Assembly: GCF_001194135.2 (NCBI RefSeq)
Contig: NC_068983.1
Location: forward strand, 16,876,426 to 16,919,950
Length of the DNA stretch: 43,525 nucleotides
DNA from: Octopus bimaculoides
Taxonomy: Eukaryota
Direction: 5' to 3'
Part shown: positions 10,465-22,319 of the stretch, in pieces
Layout: each line of letters opens with the position of its first letter
How positions within the stretch are numbered: position 1 is the first letter of the stretch
The notes under the pieces: model-generated
Told to the model about the DNA's origin: nothing
Seen by the model: only the letters and a program-made list of their open reading frames with translations
The model's database searches: none
Made by a program: the position numbers and the translations under genes

Positions 10465-11100
10465 CCGGATCTTGTTCAAAACGGGGGCACCTGTATTTTC
10501 TTAACGAAACACTTTGAAACTTGGGACACTGGTAGAATGTGTCATATAAAACATCTTTTTCTCTTAGTCTTCTTAACAAAAAAACGTACATCGTAAGTTA
10601 TTTCATGTTAAAGTTGTCGTATTTCTGTAATTTCAACCAATGACTGATGTCCATTCAGCCGCAAAAATTAAGTGCTGACTATGTAAACAAACGATTCGCG
10701 GCAATGATAAAATTATTATTTCCTTGTCAAAAAATGGCTGAAGCATATTGGCAGTAGCTAATAAACCTTTCTATTATAGGCACAAGGCATGGTTTTTGAG
10801 GGAAGGAGCAAGTCGGTTAGGGAAAACAAACACATGTGTGTTGCCTCTGCAAAATGTCAGAAGTAATGGAGATTAAATACGCTTTACACCGCTTAGGAGT
10901 AACTGTAAACAGCTGAATACTTGTCAGTGATTGGTTGAAATTATCGAAATAAGACAATTTTTTACATGAAATAAATCCGAATACAAAAATATTTTTCTGT
11001 TCTATAACACAAAATAGATAAGTATACGAAGTTTGAAAGTCTTTCGGTACCAAAAATACTACATAAANNNNNNNNNNCCCCCGTTTTGAACAAGATCTGG
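10465..11100. mobile_element. Non-autonomous DNA transposon with about 23-30-bp TIRs (superfamily unassigned)
   Basis: ccggatcttgttcaaaacggggg ... cccccgttttgaacaagatctgg; flanked by AATT on both sides (or GAATTC if termini are 1 nt shorter); homologues at 18465-18686 and 34378-34739. Confidence 0.8.
11068..11077. other. Assembly gap (10 N)
   Basis: N run. Confidence 1.
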
Positions 11101-11299
11101 AATTCCTGTTTCTTAACTTTTAACTGATATGTAATAATGTGTGTGTGTGTGTATTTGGCTTGTTATTTCTTAATTGTTTATCCTGTTTTTTTTTTTTTAA
11201 TTACAACTTAGCTTTATTTCTTCACTTAAACTGGAAAGGCTTTAAACAATATTCTTATGAAAATAACAAATGTTATTATTATTATTAGTATTATTATTC

Positions 11300-11690
11300 T
11301 GAGCTCAAATTCTTCCTAGGTCAAACTTTGTCTTTCATCCTTTCGGGGTTGATAAAATAAGTACCAGTTGAGCACTGGGGGTTGATGTAATCAACTTCGT
11401 CCCTTCCCCAAACCTGCTGGCTTTGTGCCAAAATTTGAAATCATTATTATTATGATTATTATTTAAGGTGGTGAGCTGGCAGAACCATTACCACACTGGA
11501 CAAAATGCTTAGTACCATTTCTTCCAGCTTGATGTTAGTTCAAGTTCTGCTATGGTCTGCTTTGCCTTTTATCCTTTTGGGGTTGATAAAATAAAGTACT
11601 AGTCATATACTATGGTTGATGTAATCAACTAGCTCCCTCCCTCCATATTTCAGGCCTTGAGCCCTATCATAGAAAAGATTATTATTATTA
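11300..11690 (+). mobile_element. Two tandem SINE copies (ggcgagctggcagaa family)
   Basis: Repeated ttcatcctttcggggttgataaaataagtacc core at about 11335 and 11570; (att)n tails. Confidence 0.8.
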
Positions 11691-11948
11691 TGATGGTTGT
11701 CCATGTACAGTGTTATTTTTGTTGATCCACGGCAGATGTTTTCACATTCCTTGATAGATGATAACTTTGTCTTACATGGTGTTATCTATGTAATACTGAC
11801 CATTGTCCACGTCTAACTGACTTGCTACAAAGTGAGGATTAATTTTATGCATGCCTCTATGTTTGTAGGCATATTTTTGTAAAAACAAAAAAGCTTGATG
11901 ATGTACATACATAGTCTCACACTTATATATATATAAATATATATATGT

Positions 11949-12014
<66 letters not shown>

Positions 12015-12254
12015 ATACAAAAAATTACTGCATGAAAATGATTCTGTATTGGATTGAGCTACAGTAGGTGTTCGTCATTAAAAATGCTTTTTCTCAGTTT
12101 TTAATATAAAATAGATTTTTTTTAAATGTCGTTGCAAATGAATGATAAATATATTTGAATGGATTAATAATGAATACATTCCAAAAATCTTTAAACATTT
12201 GTTTCGAAATTGTTATTTTAATGTAAGATCTAAGTTTATAAAAATAATAATAAC

Positions 12255-12287
<33 letters not shown>

Positions 12288-12925
12288 CCCCATAACACAA
12301 CAAACTGATGCAGTACCCTAACAGGAAGAGTTTATCCTCCTCCAATCCCCACAAAAATAAGAACAAAATGCTGCACACACCTCAGGCACACAGGTGCATC
12401 AGGTGATGCAGTTGAAACTCTCATGAAACTACTGAATAAGAATAATAATAATGATAATAATACACAATGAAAACACTTAGAAGATTTTACTCTTTGAGAA
12501 ATTTGTTTTTTAAATTAGCTGCTGCAACGAAAGTAGTTTCTAGATTTTAAGCACCTTCAGATGTTAGCACATTTTGTTTAGATCCTCATGTACAAAGATG
12601 TTTGAAGAATTTTTATTCAAGTTGAATAAATTTATCATGTTCACTGACTGGGAATCCATTTCCATAACCCATTTAAATTAGTCATACCATTTTTCATCCC
12701 CATGTTGATTTTTTCATAAATTCATTGGAGAGATTTGCTTGCCTTCAAACCCCTCTATATGTGATTCAATCAATGGCATAGCACTCAAATACTGAAACAT
12801 GGTTTTGCTGAGCATAACCTAGACCTCATTTTATAAAACAAATGTCATATGATCTAAAACACTATGTAGTAAGTTCATAGACAGTACATATGTGTGAAAT
12901 GTAGGACGCTAGAGATGTAGAGAAA

Positions 12926-13147
12926 CCCTTTGGCACTCACATTATTCTGTCAAAAGTAATGCATATTTATTCATATTCTTTTGAATTAATCATGCATTAT
13001 CTTATAGCTTTGAGATTTCAATGATGTGATTGTTTATTTTCAGAATGACATTGTATGGTACGTGTGAGAGGCTGGATCTAACCATTTTGAACATAGAGCA
13101 GGTAGACTATTTGGGCCCCTGGTATGACCTGTTTAAATGGTAAAGGG
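12926..13147. mobile_element. piggyBac-type MITE
   Basis: CCCTTT ... AAAGGG|TTAA; homologous to 6763-6983; left TTAA decayed. Confidence 0.7.
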
Positions 13148-13841
13148 TTAATAATAGCTCATATTGAATACATTATTGTAAATTCTATATATTCATCAAT
13201 ATTATCAAAATTCAAAAATATTTACCGACAATGTATTTTATAACATCACTGATTCTTGTATGAAGAGCTACACTAACTGTAATATAGCATAAACTGTTTG
13301 GACAATATACTAAATCTCAGAGTAGTATCTAACATTAATTGTTACCTGCATGTACATAGTATATAGTTATACAGTTTAGTTTACAGCTTACCTCAAGAAA
13401 ATACAAAACACAATAAAAAGAGCCCAGCTAGTTGTAAAAAGGATTTGATATTTGATGCTGTCTTATGGCATGGGTACGCTGGGCTGTTGCCTATGAGTCC
13501 TCACAAGTCTCAGTGACCAGTTACGATCTATGTATGTTGTGGCTTGCTGTCAATCAATAAATACTCTAGGGCCTAGTACATTGATATGGCCCAGGACCTA
13601 TAATGCTGCTGAGACAGCCTTTATTTAATGCTTTCTAAATACCACATGTGATTAAAAATAGGTAAATATATTTTCTATATTCATATAGAGTACTTTGTAA
13701 ATTAGTGTAGAAATTAAATACTGCTAATAGTATCAGCACTAATTGGGAGATTGTAGTATATTTATTATTGTTGTTGTTGTTGTTGTTATTTGGCAAACCT
13801 TGTCCAAGGATCTTTATTGTGAGCATGCTGTTCTAAAATCA

Positions 13842-14385
13842 NNNNNNNNNNNNNNNNNNNNNNNNNNNNNNNNNNNNNNNNNNNNNNNNNNNNNNNNNNN
13901 NNNNNNNNNNNNNNNNNNNNNNNNNNNNNNNNNNNNNNNNNNNNNNNNNNNNNNNNNNNNNNNNNNNNNNNNNNNNNNNNNNNNNNNNNNNNNNNNNNNN
14001 NNNNNNNNNNNNNNNNNNNNNNNNNNNNNNNNNNNNNNNNNNNNNNNNNNNNNNNNNNNNNNNNNNNNNNNNNNNNNNNNNNNNNNNNNNNNNNNNNNNN
14101 NNNNNNNNNNNNNNNNNNNNNNNNNNNNNNNNNNNNNNNNNNNNNNNNNNNNNNNNNNNNNNNNNNNNNNNNNNNNNNNNNNNNNNNNNNNNNNNNNNNN
14201 NNNNNNNNNNNNNNNNNNNNNNNNNNNNNNNNNNNNNNNNNNNNNNNNNNNNNNNNNNNNNNNNNNNNNNNNNNNNNNNNNNNNNNNNNNNNNNNNNNNN
14301 NNNNNNNNNNNNNNNNNNNNNNNNNNNNNNNNNNNNNNNNNNNNNNNNNNNNNNNNNNNNNNNNNNNNNNNNNNNNNNNNNNNNN
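13842..14385. other. Assembly gap
   Basis: N run. Confidence 1.
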
Positions 14386-14467
14386 TATGTATATATATAT
14401 ATGTGTGTGTGTATGTATGTATATATATGTGTGTGTGTATATTTATATAATATATATATATATATAT

Positions 14468-14760
14468 ACCGCCTGACTGGCCTTTGTAGGGTTTTCGAGC
14501 GAGATCGTTGCCCTGGACTGGCTCTTGTGTGGGTGGCACATAAAAGACACCATTTCGAGCGTGGCCGTTTTCGTGCGGGTGACACGTAAAAGCACCCACT
14601 ACACTCTCTGAGTGGTTGGCGTTAGGAAGGGCATCCAGCTGTAGAAACTCTGCCAGATCAGATTGGAGCCTGGTGTTGCCATCCGGTTTCACCAGTCCTC
14701 AGTCAAATCGTCCAACCCATGCTAGCATGGAAGGCGGACGTTAAACGATGATGATGATGA
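14468..14760 (+). mobile_element. Retroposon copy with (gat)n tail
   Basis: Near-identical to 24270-24541 and 7760-7961. Confidence 0.85.
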
Positions 14761-15191
14761 TATAAATATATAACTTTACTTCTATGTACATTATAAATCT
14801 ACACGAAGGGTTACTGCATTCCTGTGATTTCCGGTTCTTGGCAAAGTTTGCAAGTTCTCCTTAAACCCTGCTGCCAATAAATCATGAAGATAAAGCTGTT
14901 CATAAGTCGCACACACGTCCATTTAGTTCAGTTCTATGTTTAGACAAAATTTCCAAAGAAATGAAGAAAGAATAATCTAAAAGAAAAATTTAATTTTTAC
15001 AAACGAAAAAAAAAAGAAAAAAAATTAAAAGAAAGTAAATAATTTATCTGAGTTACAGAAAAATGTTTTGAGGGGTGAAATTCTCAGAATGACTTTTCTC
15101 TTTGCTGTTTTATTTTTATTTTACTATTTTTGAAAACGTCTTTGTTTCTCTTTTTTGTTTTTCCTTTTAGAAAATAAAATGATTTATTATT

Positions 15192-15221
<30 letters not shown>

Positions 15222-15223
<2 letters not shown>

Positions 15224-15511
15224 GGGCACATGGCCTAAGTGATTAGGGTGTTGCACTCAAGATCGCAAGATCATGGTTTCAATTCCTAGACCAGGCAGTG
15301 CATTGTGTTCTTGAGCAAAATACTTCGTCTCACATTGCTCAGTGATCACTTCAACACCTGAAACATGGTACACTATGCACCTGTTCAGGTAATGTCAATT
15401 GGAGTGGGGGGAGTGAGTTAATGTATGGCACATGCATTTGATCACTATAAACATATCATTTGTGCAGGTCATTCTGCAAAAACTGAGCACTCATATGTCA
15501 TCTTCAACAGG
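15222..15511 (+). mobile_element. tRNA-headed SINE
   Basis: gggcacatggcctaagtgattaggg (A-box-like) and ggtttcaattcc (B-box-like) head. Confidence 0.65.
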
Positions 15512-15591
15512 TGAGTCCAACATTATTATTAGTAGTAGTATTATTATTAGTTCATATAAAGGACTGAAGTAACTCAGGAGAAATGTAATAG

Positions 15592-15672
15592 ATAGATAGA
15601 AGAGTTCTTTACTTTTGTATACGATTGTATACTTTTAAATCGTATACAAAAGTAAAGAACTCTTCTATCTAT
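15592..15672. repeat. Perfect 35-bp inverted repeat with 11-nt loop
   Basis: 15592-15626 is the exact reverse complement of 15638-15672. Confidence 0.95.
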
Positions 15673-15915
15673 TTTTATGGGTTTTTCCACGTGTAACCTT
15701 TCCTTTTTCGAAGCGCCTCCCCCTTTGGGAGTTCTACTTATTTATTTATCTATTTATTTATTATATCTTTCTCCGTTTTCTTCCTCTGTTTAGACGAACT
15801 TTCCTACCTTTTCGGACAAAACCTTTTGTAACCTTCGTCCTGTCTTTGTCCTTATATGTTCTTAATTGATATTAGCCCTTGTGGCCAATAAAATGAATTA
15901 ATTATTATTATTATT
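15673..15915 (+). mobile_element. LINE-like 3' end with (ATT)n tail
   Basis: Highly similar to the reverse complement of 19555-19830; non-coding; clade not determinable from this fragment. Confidence 0.7.
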
Positions 15916-15917
15916 AA

Positions 15918-16140
15918 TAAGGTGGCGAGCTGGCAGACCTGTTAGTACCCTGGGCAGAATGCTGAGCGTCATTTCATCTGTCTGCACATTATAAGTTCAA
16001 ATTTCGCCAAGGTTGACTTTGCCTTTCATCCTTTTGGGGTTGATAAAACAAGTACCAGTTGAGTACTGGGGTTGATGTAATCGACTTAGCACCTTCCCCG
16101 AAATTACTGGCCTTGAGCCAAAATTTGAAATCATTTATTA
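15918..16140 (+). mobile_element. SINE (ggcgagctggcagaa family)
   Basis: Full head-to-tail homology with 1984-2182 and 21778-21992. Confidence 0.85.
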
Positions 16141-17353
16141 TTATTCTAATTCAGTATTAATTTTAATGAATGGACATGACATATAATTACCAGTCAAGTA
16201 CTGGGGTTGGTTCAATCGATTGTCGTCACACTCTAGACATATTTACTAAATCATACCAGGACTACAAGTTCTCGTCGAAGTCGGTGGGGGGAGGGGTACA
16301 ACTCTGTAGTTATGCCTTTTTTTTGTAGTAATGATAAATGTTTATTTACAATACTAACACTATAACCACAACTTCCCCGATACGGTAAAACATCTACAAA
16401 CACAGCATATGGTATTTGTCTTACGTCCCTACATCTTTATTTCAAATCCTTCAACAGATCGATGTACTATTCCACATTTCCTTTCAAAATGTATGGCCTT
16501 CTGTCTACATAGTAGTAGTGTCGTCGCATTTGTGGTTTCCTATTTTAAATTTTAAATTTTCTAGGAAGTAAAATGCTTGAAAACTAAGATATTGAACAAT
16601 ATAATTTAGTTTTATACATTGAAACTCGTGCAGAACTAAACATTTAATCGCTTAGACATGCTGTATGTAGTATCCCATATTTCAAAAACATAAAATCAGT
16701 TATCAGCTTGCTTGCTGCACAGTAGCTAATTTGTGGGTGTGTTCCCAATAAAACGTCATCTTAAAACATACACTACAAATGACGGGTTTCCGCCGCGAAA
16801 TATTGATAAAGCAAATTGTAAATAAGATAGATAATCCACACCGAATTCGAACAATGAGACGTTAATATTAATTATTAAATGTAATAAATCAAGATCAAAC
16901 TGTTAATGTTAGAAATCAATATTAACTTCTATTTTTTCGTTAACATAATTAATTAGGCTTTGTAAACCCCACCAATAATATATGTATATGATAAGCAGTA
17001 GTAAACAAGCATTTCTCAACTAGATAAACATTGAGGTGGGGGTGCCAGGAAGGTTCACGTGTCCTCTAAGCACCGAGAGGATAGCAAAGCCATGTGTATG
17101 ACCTACTTTGCGACCATTAAAAAAAGTTCTTATAATAGAACGGATGTGCTAAGAATAATGTTTCTAGCTTCGCTCAATTATTTTTCTTGGGGTATCTCCA
17201 AATGTTTGTTTATTGATATATTTAAAGTGAGAGCAGGTAAAACAACAACACCAACCAATGGCTCAATTAACAAGACAAAGCAGCGTTTTATAACAAACTA
17301 AATCTATTTATATAATGATAGTTTTTGTAAACTCTTTCCCGAGGTTTGATTGC

Positions 17354-17432
17354 CAGAAATTAAGCAAAGTGAAATTGGGGAAGGGAAATCAGAAATTAAG
17401 CAAAGTGAAATTGGGGAAGGGAAATCAGAAAT
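17354..17432. repeat. Exact 36-bp tandem duplication
   Basis: cagaaattaagcaaagtgaaattggggaagggaaat twice plus a partial third unit. Confidence 0.95.
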
Positions 17433-17610
17433 ATAGATTCTTTTTCGGGAACAAGAAACTTCGAATACAGTCTCTCAGTTTTGAATAAATATATTACCCA
17501 CTTCCACCTAATAACATTGAGTACTACTTTTCTGCCTAATTGCATTTCGTACCAATGTGACAGTGCCATATCACCCTCTCTCTTCCCCCTCTTTCTCTCC
17601 TCTCTCTCTG

Positions 17611-17669
<59 letters not shown>

Positions 17670-17800
17670 TTGGTGAAGGCTGGTTTATGAGGTTACCCTG
17701 GGTTTCTCATCTATAAAGTGTTTAACTTTGTGGCATATCGTCAGGCCTCAAGACCTGTTGACCTAAAGAGGTCATAGACCAACAGGCCTTGGGGTCTGAC

Positions 17801-18320
17801 NNNNNNNNNNNNNNNNNNNNNNNNNNNNNNNNNNNNNNNNNNNNNNNNNNNNNNNNNNNNNNNNNNNNNNNNNNNNNNNNNNNNNNNNNNNNNNNNNNNN
17901 NNNNNNNNNNNNNNNNNNNNNNNNNNNNNNNNNNNNNNNNNNNNNNNNNNNNNNNNNNNNNNNNNNNNNNNNNNNNNNNNNNNNNNNNNNNNNNNNNNNN
18001 NNNNNNNNNNNNNNNNNNNNNNNNNNNNNNNNNNNNNNNNNNNNNNNNNNNNNNNNNNNNNNNNNNNNNNNNNNNNNNNNNNNNNNNNNNNNNNNNNNNN
18101 NNNNNNNNNNNNNNNNNNNNNNNNNNNNNNNNNNNNNNNNNNNNNNNNNNNNNNNNNNNNNNNNNNNNNNNNNNNNNNNNNNNNNNNNNNNNNNNNNNNN
18201 NNNNNNNNNNNNNNNNNNNNNNNNNNNNNNNNNNNNNNNNNNNNNNNNNNNNNNNNNNNNNNNNNNNNNNNNNNNNNNNNNNNNNNNNNNNNNNNNNNNN
18301 NNNNNNNNNNNNNNNNNNNN
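17801..18320. other. Assembly gap
   Basis: N run. Confidence 1.
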
Positions 18321-18464
18321 AACTCTAGAATCCGAACTTTAAAATTGTTACACACATAGATACGCACAGCGTAATTTATTATATAAACAATATATGCGTA
18401 TAAATTACGATTAAACCGGATGAAATATGTCACAGGGAATAACATTTTTATGACCGCCCAGCAG

Positions 18465-18686
18465 TAACTCTATTCAGCTGAATAGACGTCAGTGATTGGT
18501 TGAAATTACAGAAATACGACAACTTTAACTTGCGATGTACGTTTTTTTGTTAAGAAGACTAAGAGTAAAAGATGTTTTATATGACACATTCTACCAGTGT
18601 CCCAAGTTTCAAAGTGTTTCGTTAGTGTTTCGTTAAGAAAATACTGGTGCCTCCGTTTTGAAATAGATCCAAGTGACCTGATCTGA
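18465..18686 (-). mobile_element. Terminal fragment of the 10465-11100 DNA transposon family
   Basis: Reverse complement of 10465-10680 (aaacttgggacactggtagaatgtgtcatat block). Confidence 0.8.
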
Positions 18687-19554
18687 GATTGTGTGCTGGA
18701 ACGAAAACAATGGCAGCGTGGAAGGTGCTTATAAGTCATTTAAGAAACACACAAAAACCGTTAGATTCACGTCAACATTTAAATTTAATTTGTGTTAAAA
18801 TATTTTCGTTGCTTTGAGACCGCGACTTGTTCACTGACAAACTTCTGTGCTGCAGTTGTCTATCATAAAATGAAAGCAAATACATGACAGCGGCGAAGTT
18901 TAAAACAAAAGCAATTACATGTCATATCAAGAGAGAGAGAGGGGGGAGTAACGTGAGTGAGTGATATATACATAGAGAAAGAGTGAGAGAGACAGATAGA
19001 GAAGATGAGATTATATTTTTTGATTGTCATTTACTGAAAACCTTTTTGACATGCAGATTTCAAAAATCAAATCCGTTTTTCTCGAGGATGCACCACTTCA
19101 GAGCCTTTCGAGGTTAGCACACAGACACATAATATTGCATTTATCTTAATAATACTAAAACTCTAGAGATGTTTGTGTACCCGAAATATCTCAGAAATAG
19201 TACATTTTATCTTAATTTTTTTAAATATTTATTTTCATATTTATCTTTGGCAGTGCAGTACAATTTTTTGTGATATTTTGACCTCTATCTATTAATGAAA
19301 ATGATATATCCACATATAAACAAACACATCATTAAAATTATTTTGTTACCTAAGGTATCCATCAATTCATTAATCTTGCTGCCAATTATTAAGGAACATT
19401 TGTTTATTTTTCAGTTATAATCGGTGCACTTTGTTTCACATTGTACATGATATAATGTAATATTGCAGACAAAATGAATCAGCATTATTGTATTGCAACG
19501 ATTGAAAATAAAATAAACTAATAATCATTAATAACCAAGAAAAAATTATCAACA

Positions 19555-19850
19555 ATCAATAATAATAATAATAATAATAATAATTAATTCGTTTTATTGG
19601 CCACAAGGGCTAATATCAATTAAAAACATATAAGGACAAAGACAGGACGAAGGTTACAAAAGGTTTTGTCCGAAAAGGTAGGAAAGTTCGTCTAAACAGA
19701 GGAAGAAAACGGAGAAAGATATAATAAATAAATAGATAAATAAATAGATAAATAAATAAGTAGAAACCCCCGAAGGGGAAGGCGCTTTGAAAAAGGAAAG
19801 GTTAAACATGGAAAAACCCATAAAACCACGGGAGCCTGGTCAGAAAAAAA
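19555..19850 (-). mobile_element. LINE-like 3' end with (ATT)n tail, inverted relative to 15673-15915
   Basis: Direct reverse-complement alignment by eye. Confidence 0.75.
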
Positions 19851-20199
19851 TAAGAAAGGGGTATAGAGCCCTTTCTCCTTTTACATTACCTAATAATAAT
19901 AAAGATACTAACTGCTTTGTGGTTGATAGGTTTGTAAGGGGCCGTGCGATGTGTGGTGAAGAGAATGGCTCTTTAGTACCACATCACACGTCCGTTACAA
20001 TAAAGAGAAAATTGATAGAACCATTTATTTGCCAGATGGAAAAGGAGACACAACCGTGTAGAATGATTAAGAGAGGATTTATTGATTTTACGTGTGTCTG
20101 TGTGTGCCTCGTGTATACAGAATAGATAGGCTGTCATAAAAACAAAATGTGTGTAATATAGGCATAGATGTCTGCGTGTGTTAAGAACATATAAGGATG

Positions 20200-20950
20200 G
20201 CAATGAAGAGGACAGTGAAAGAGTCTATAGCCATCGAAGTGAGAAGTAAGTTCATAGACACAAGAAAGATGAATACTAGTTCATAGTCAATAGTAGATGG
20301 TAGATGAAACACTGTATCAAGAAGTCACAGCCATGATGCTGAGCTGGTTACAGGTACACGTCATACATGAAGTTGTGGCTGTGATGCTACTGCCTGGGTC
20401 ATTTGATACAGGAGTTAATGCAGGTTGTATATTCGCTGTTGATCCATTCTGAAGTAATTAACAAACAGCGAAGTGTTGAATTGCTTGCTGAGCTGTGTAC
20501 GTAGAGAGATGATGTTGATGATGTTCAGAAGGACAGGATGGTGGCGACAAAGAAGGATGTTGCCATAATGCTGTTGGACGAAGTTGGTGAGTCTCTTTGT
20601 AGCTGCTGTGGTGGTGGTGCTGTCTGGCGTTGTCACTGAAACTGGCTGTGTCTTTGTGGTGAGTGACTAGACCTTAAAAGGTTTGGAAGCAAAGATTTTG
20701 AGACGAGAAGCTGGGTTTTTATAAGGAACTGTAGGCTCAAAACAGGGTAGAGGACAGGCTGTCCCACGTGATCATATATATGGCCTCCACCTGATTATAC
20801 GTGGAAGTGGCGCAATCGAGTAAGAGACAAATTGTGCCAACACCAACCAATCAGAGTAGTGGAGACAACAGAATCCAAATAGCAGCCAAAGGATAGCTGT
20901 TGCCTGCTATGTTCGAATGCACGTATATATAATAAATAGGAGAGAGGGAT
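20200..20950 (-). mobile_element. Decayed retroelement 5' region with promoter (possibly Penelope-like)
   Basis: TATAAAAA on - strand at 20716-20723, CACGTG at about 20765, CCAAT at about 20846; downstream broken reading frames. Family assignment is from recollection of similar ORFs only. Confidence 0.3.
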
Positions 20951-20959
20951 TCCACCCAA

Positions 20960-21105
20960 GTCTGTGCTACAAGTTTTTTTCCCAACCACATGGTTTCAGG
21001 TTCACACCCACTGTGTTGCACCTTGGGCAAGTGTCTCCTATTATAGCTATGGGCCGACCAAAGCCTTGTGAGTGGATGTGATAGACGGAAAGAAGCCCAT
21101 GGTAT
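20960..21105 (+). mobile_element. SINE (ggctgtgtggtaagaag family), degenerate head
   Basis: cccaaccacatggtt...caccttgggcaagtgtc...aaagccttgtgagtgga homology. Confidence 0.75.
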
Positions 21106-21122
21106 ACATATGTGTGCGTGCG

Positions 21123-21176
<54 letters not shown>

Positions 21177-21177
<1 letters not shown>

Positions 21178-21365
21178 GAGGGGGTGCTGAAAAGATCCTG
21201 ACTTTGGGTAACAAAAAATACAGGAGGATCAGTTAATTATGATTTTATTCAACATATTCCCCTCTCAGATTCACACACTTATTGCAGCAGTCGTTCAGTT
21301 TTTCCAAGGCCTGTAAATGAACTCAGAAGGTTTGGCTTCCAACCAGGCCTTTTGCGACACCTTTA
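21177..21365 (+). mobile_element. Tc1/mariner-type element left end, truncated
   Basis: Starts CGAGGGGGTGCTGAAAAG after a (TA/CA)n tract; right TIR not seen. Confidence 0.5.
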
Positions 21366-21424
21366 AACGTCTGTTTTCCATGCTTGCATGAGTTGGATGG
21401 TTCAACCGGAGCTGGAAAACTGGG

Positions 21425-21731
21425 GAAATACGAAGGTTGTTGTCAATGAAGAGAGGGAAATACGAAGGTTGTTGTCAATGAAGAGGGTAGACGTGATACC
21501 AATAGCAATTGGTGCACTTGGAAGTATCAGCACTCATCAACCAACATGGCTGAAAAAAGATTGGTGCAAATGTGAAGGAAGAACACCGACAAAAATCAGC
21601 ATTGCTTGGAACTGCAAGAATTCTTAGCAGAGTTCTTGAAGCATGACCAGTAAACAAGTGTCACCTTAGTCTGCTGGCTGTGGACAGCTGACACTTTCTA
21701 TCATACCTAATAAAATAAGCTGTGAGTTTTC

Positions 21732-21767
<36 letters not shown>

Positions 21768-21780
21768 TAATAATAATAAT
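21425..21780 (+). mobile_element. 3' end of an RLE-type non-LTR retrotransposon (R4/Hero-like) with (TAA)n tail
   Basis: Frame-corrected translation EIRRLLSMKRVDVIPIAIGALGSISTHQPTWLKKIGANVKEEHRQKSALLGTARILSRVLEA-stop is typical of the C-terminal restriction-like endonuclease domain; about 90-nt 3' UTR then (TAA)n. Confidence 0.8.
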
Positions 21781-21992
21781 CCTTTCTACTGGAAGCACAA
21801 GGCCTCATATTAGGGGAAGGGGTTAAGTTGATTACATCGACCCCAGAATGCAACTGGTACTTAATTTATCGACCCCGAAAGGATGAAAGACAAAGTTGAC
21901 TGTAGGGGAATTTGAACTCGTATATAGTAACAGATGAAATACCACTAAACCTTTTGCCCTGCGTGCTAACGATTCTGCCAGCTCACTGCCTT
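21778..21992 (-). mobile_element. SINE (ggcgagctggcagaa family)
   Basis: Homology to 15918-16140. Confidence 0.85.
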
Positions 21993-22319
21993 TATTGATT
22001 TCAAAATAATAAACTAGGCAAATAACCCCAAAATGTTACCAACATTCAAAAATTATCCAATGAATTTGTAATGATGCAACCGAAAACTAACTGAAGCAAA
22101 ATTTGAGTTCACACTGACAATTCATCAGCAATAACGATATTTAATTACAACTGAGTAGTTTCAAGCACCATTGGTCGAGGGAAAGAAGTAATGCTACGTA
22201 GTCTATATACTCAAAAGATGTGATTATCATGTTATCGACTTGTTCATATTCCACCTCATGATCGATGTCACAAAGACAAGCAATACAGCTAAAAGAAATT
22301 TATTTAACTTTTATGGATC

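Noticed and set aside
12480-12795. Protein-like broken frames on the minus strand (YLSAMPLIESHIEGFEGK / NEFMKNQHGDEKWYD)
   Set aside because: Frameshifts and stops, no family recognised.
13743-14692. Long ORFs of 180-350 aa in the ORF track here and at 17.7-18.4, 28.9-29.9, 32.5-33.5, 34.7-35.2 and 39.3-40.3 kb
   Set aside because: They are runs of X across N gaps plus microsatellite translations (YIYI, CVCV).
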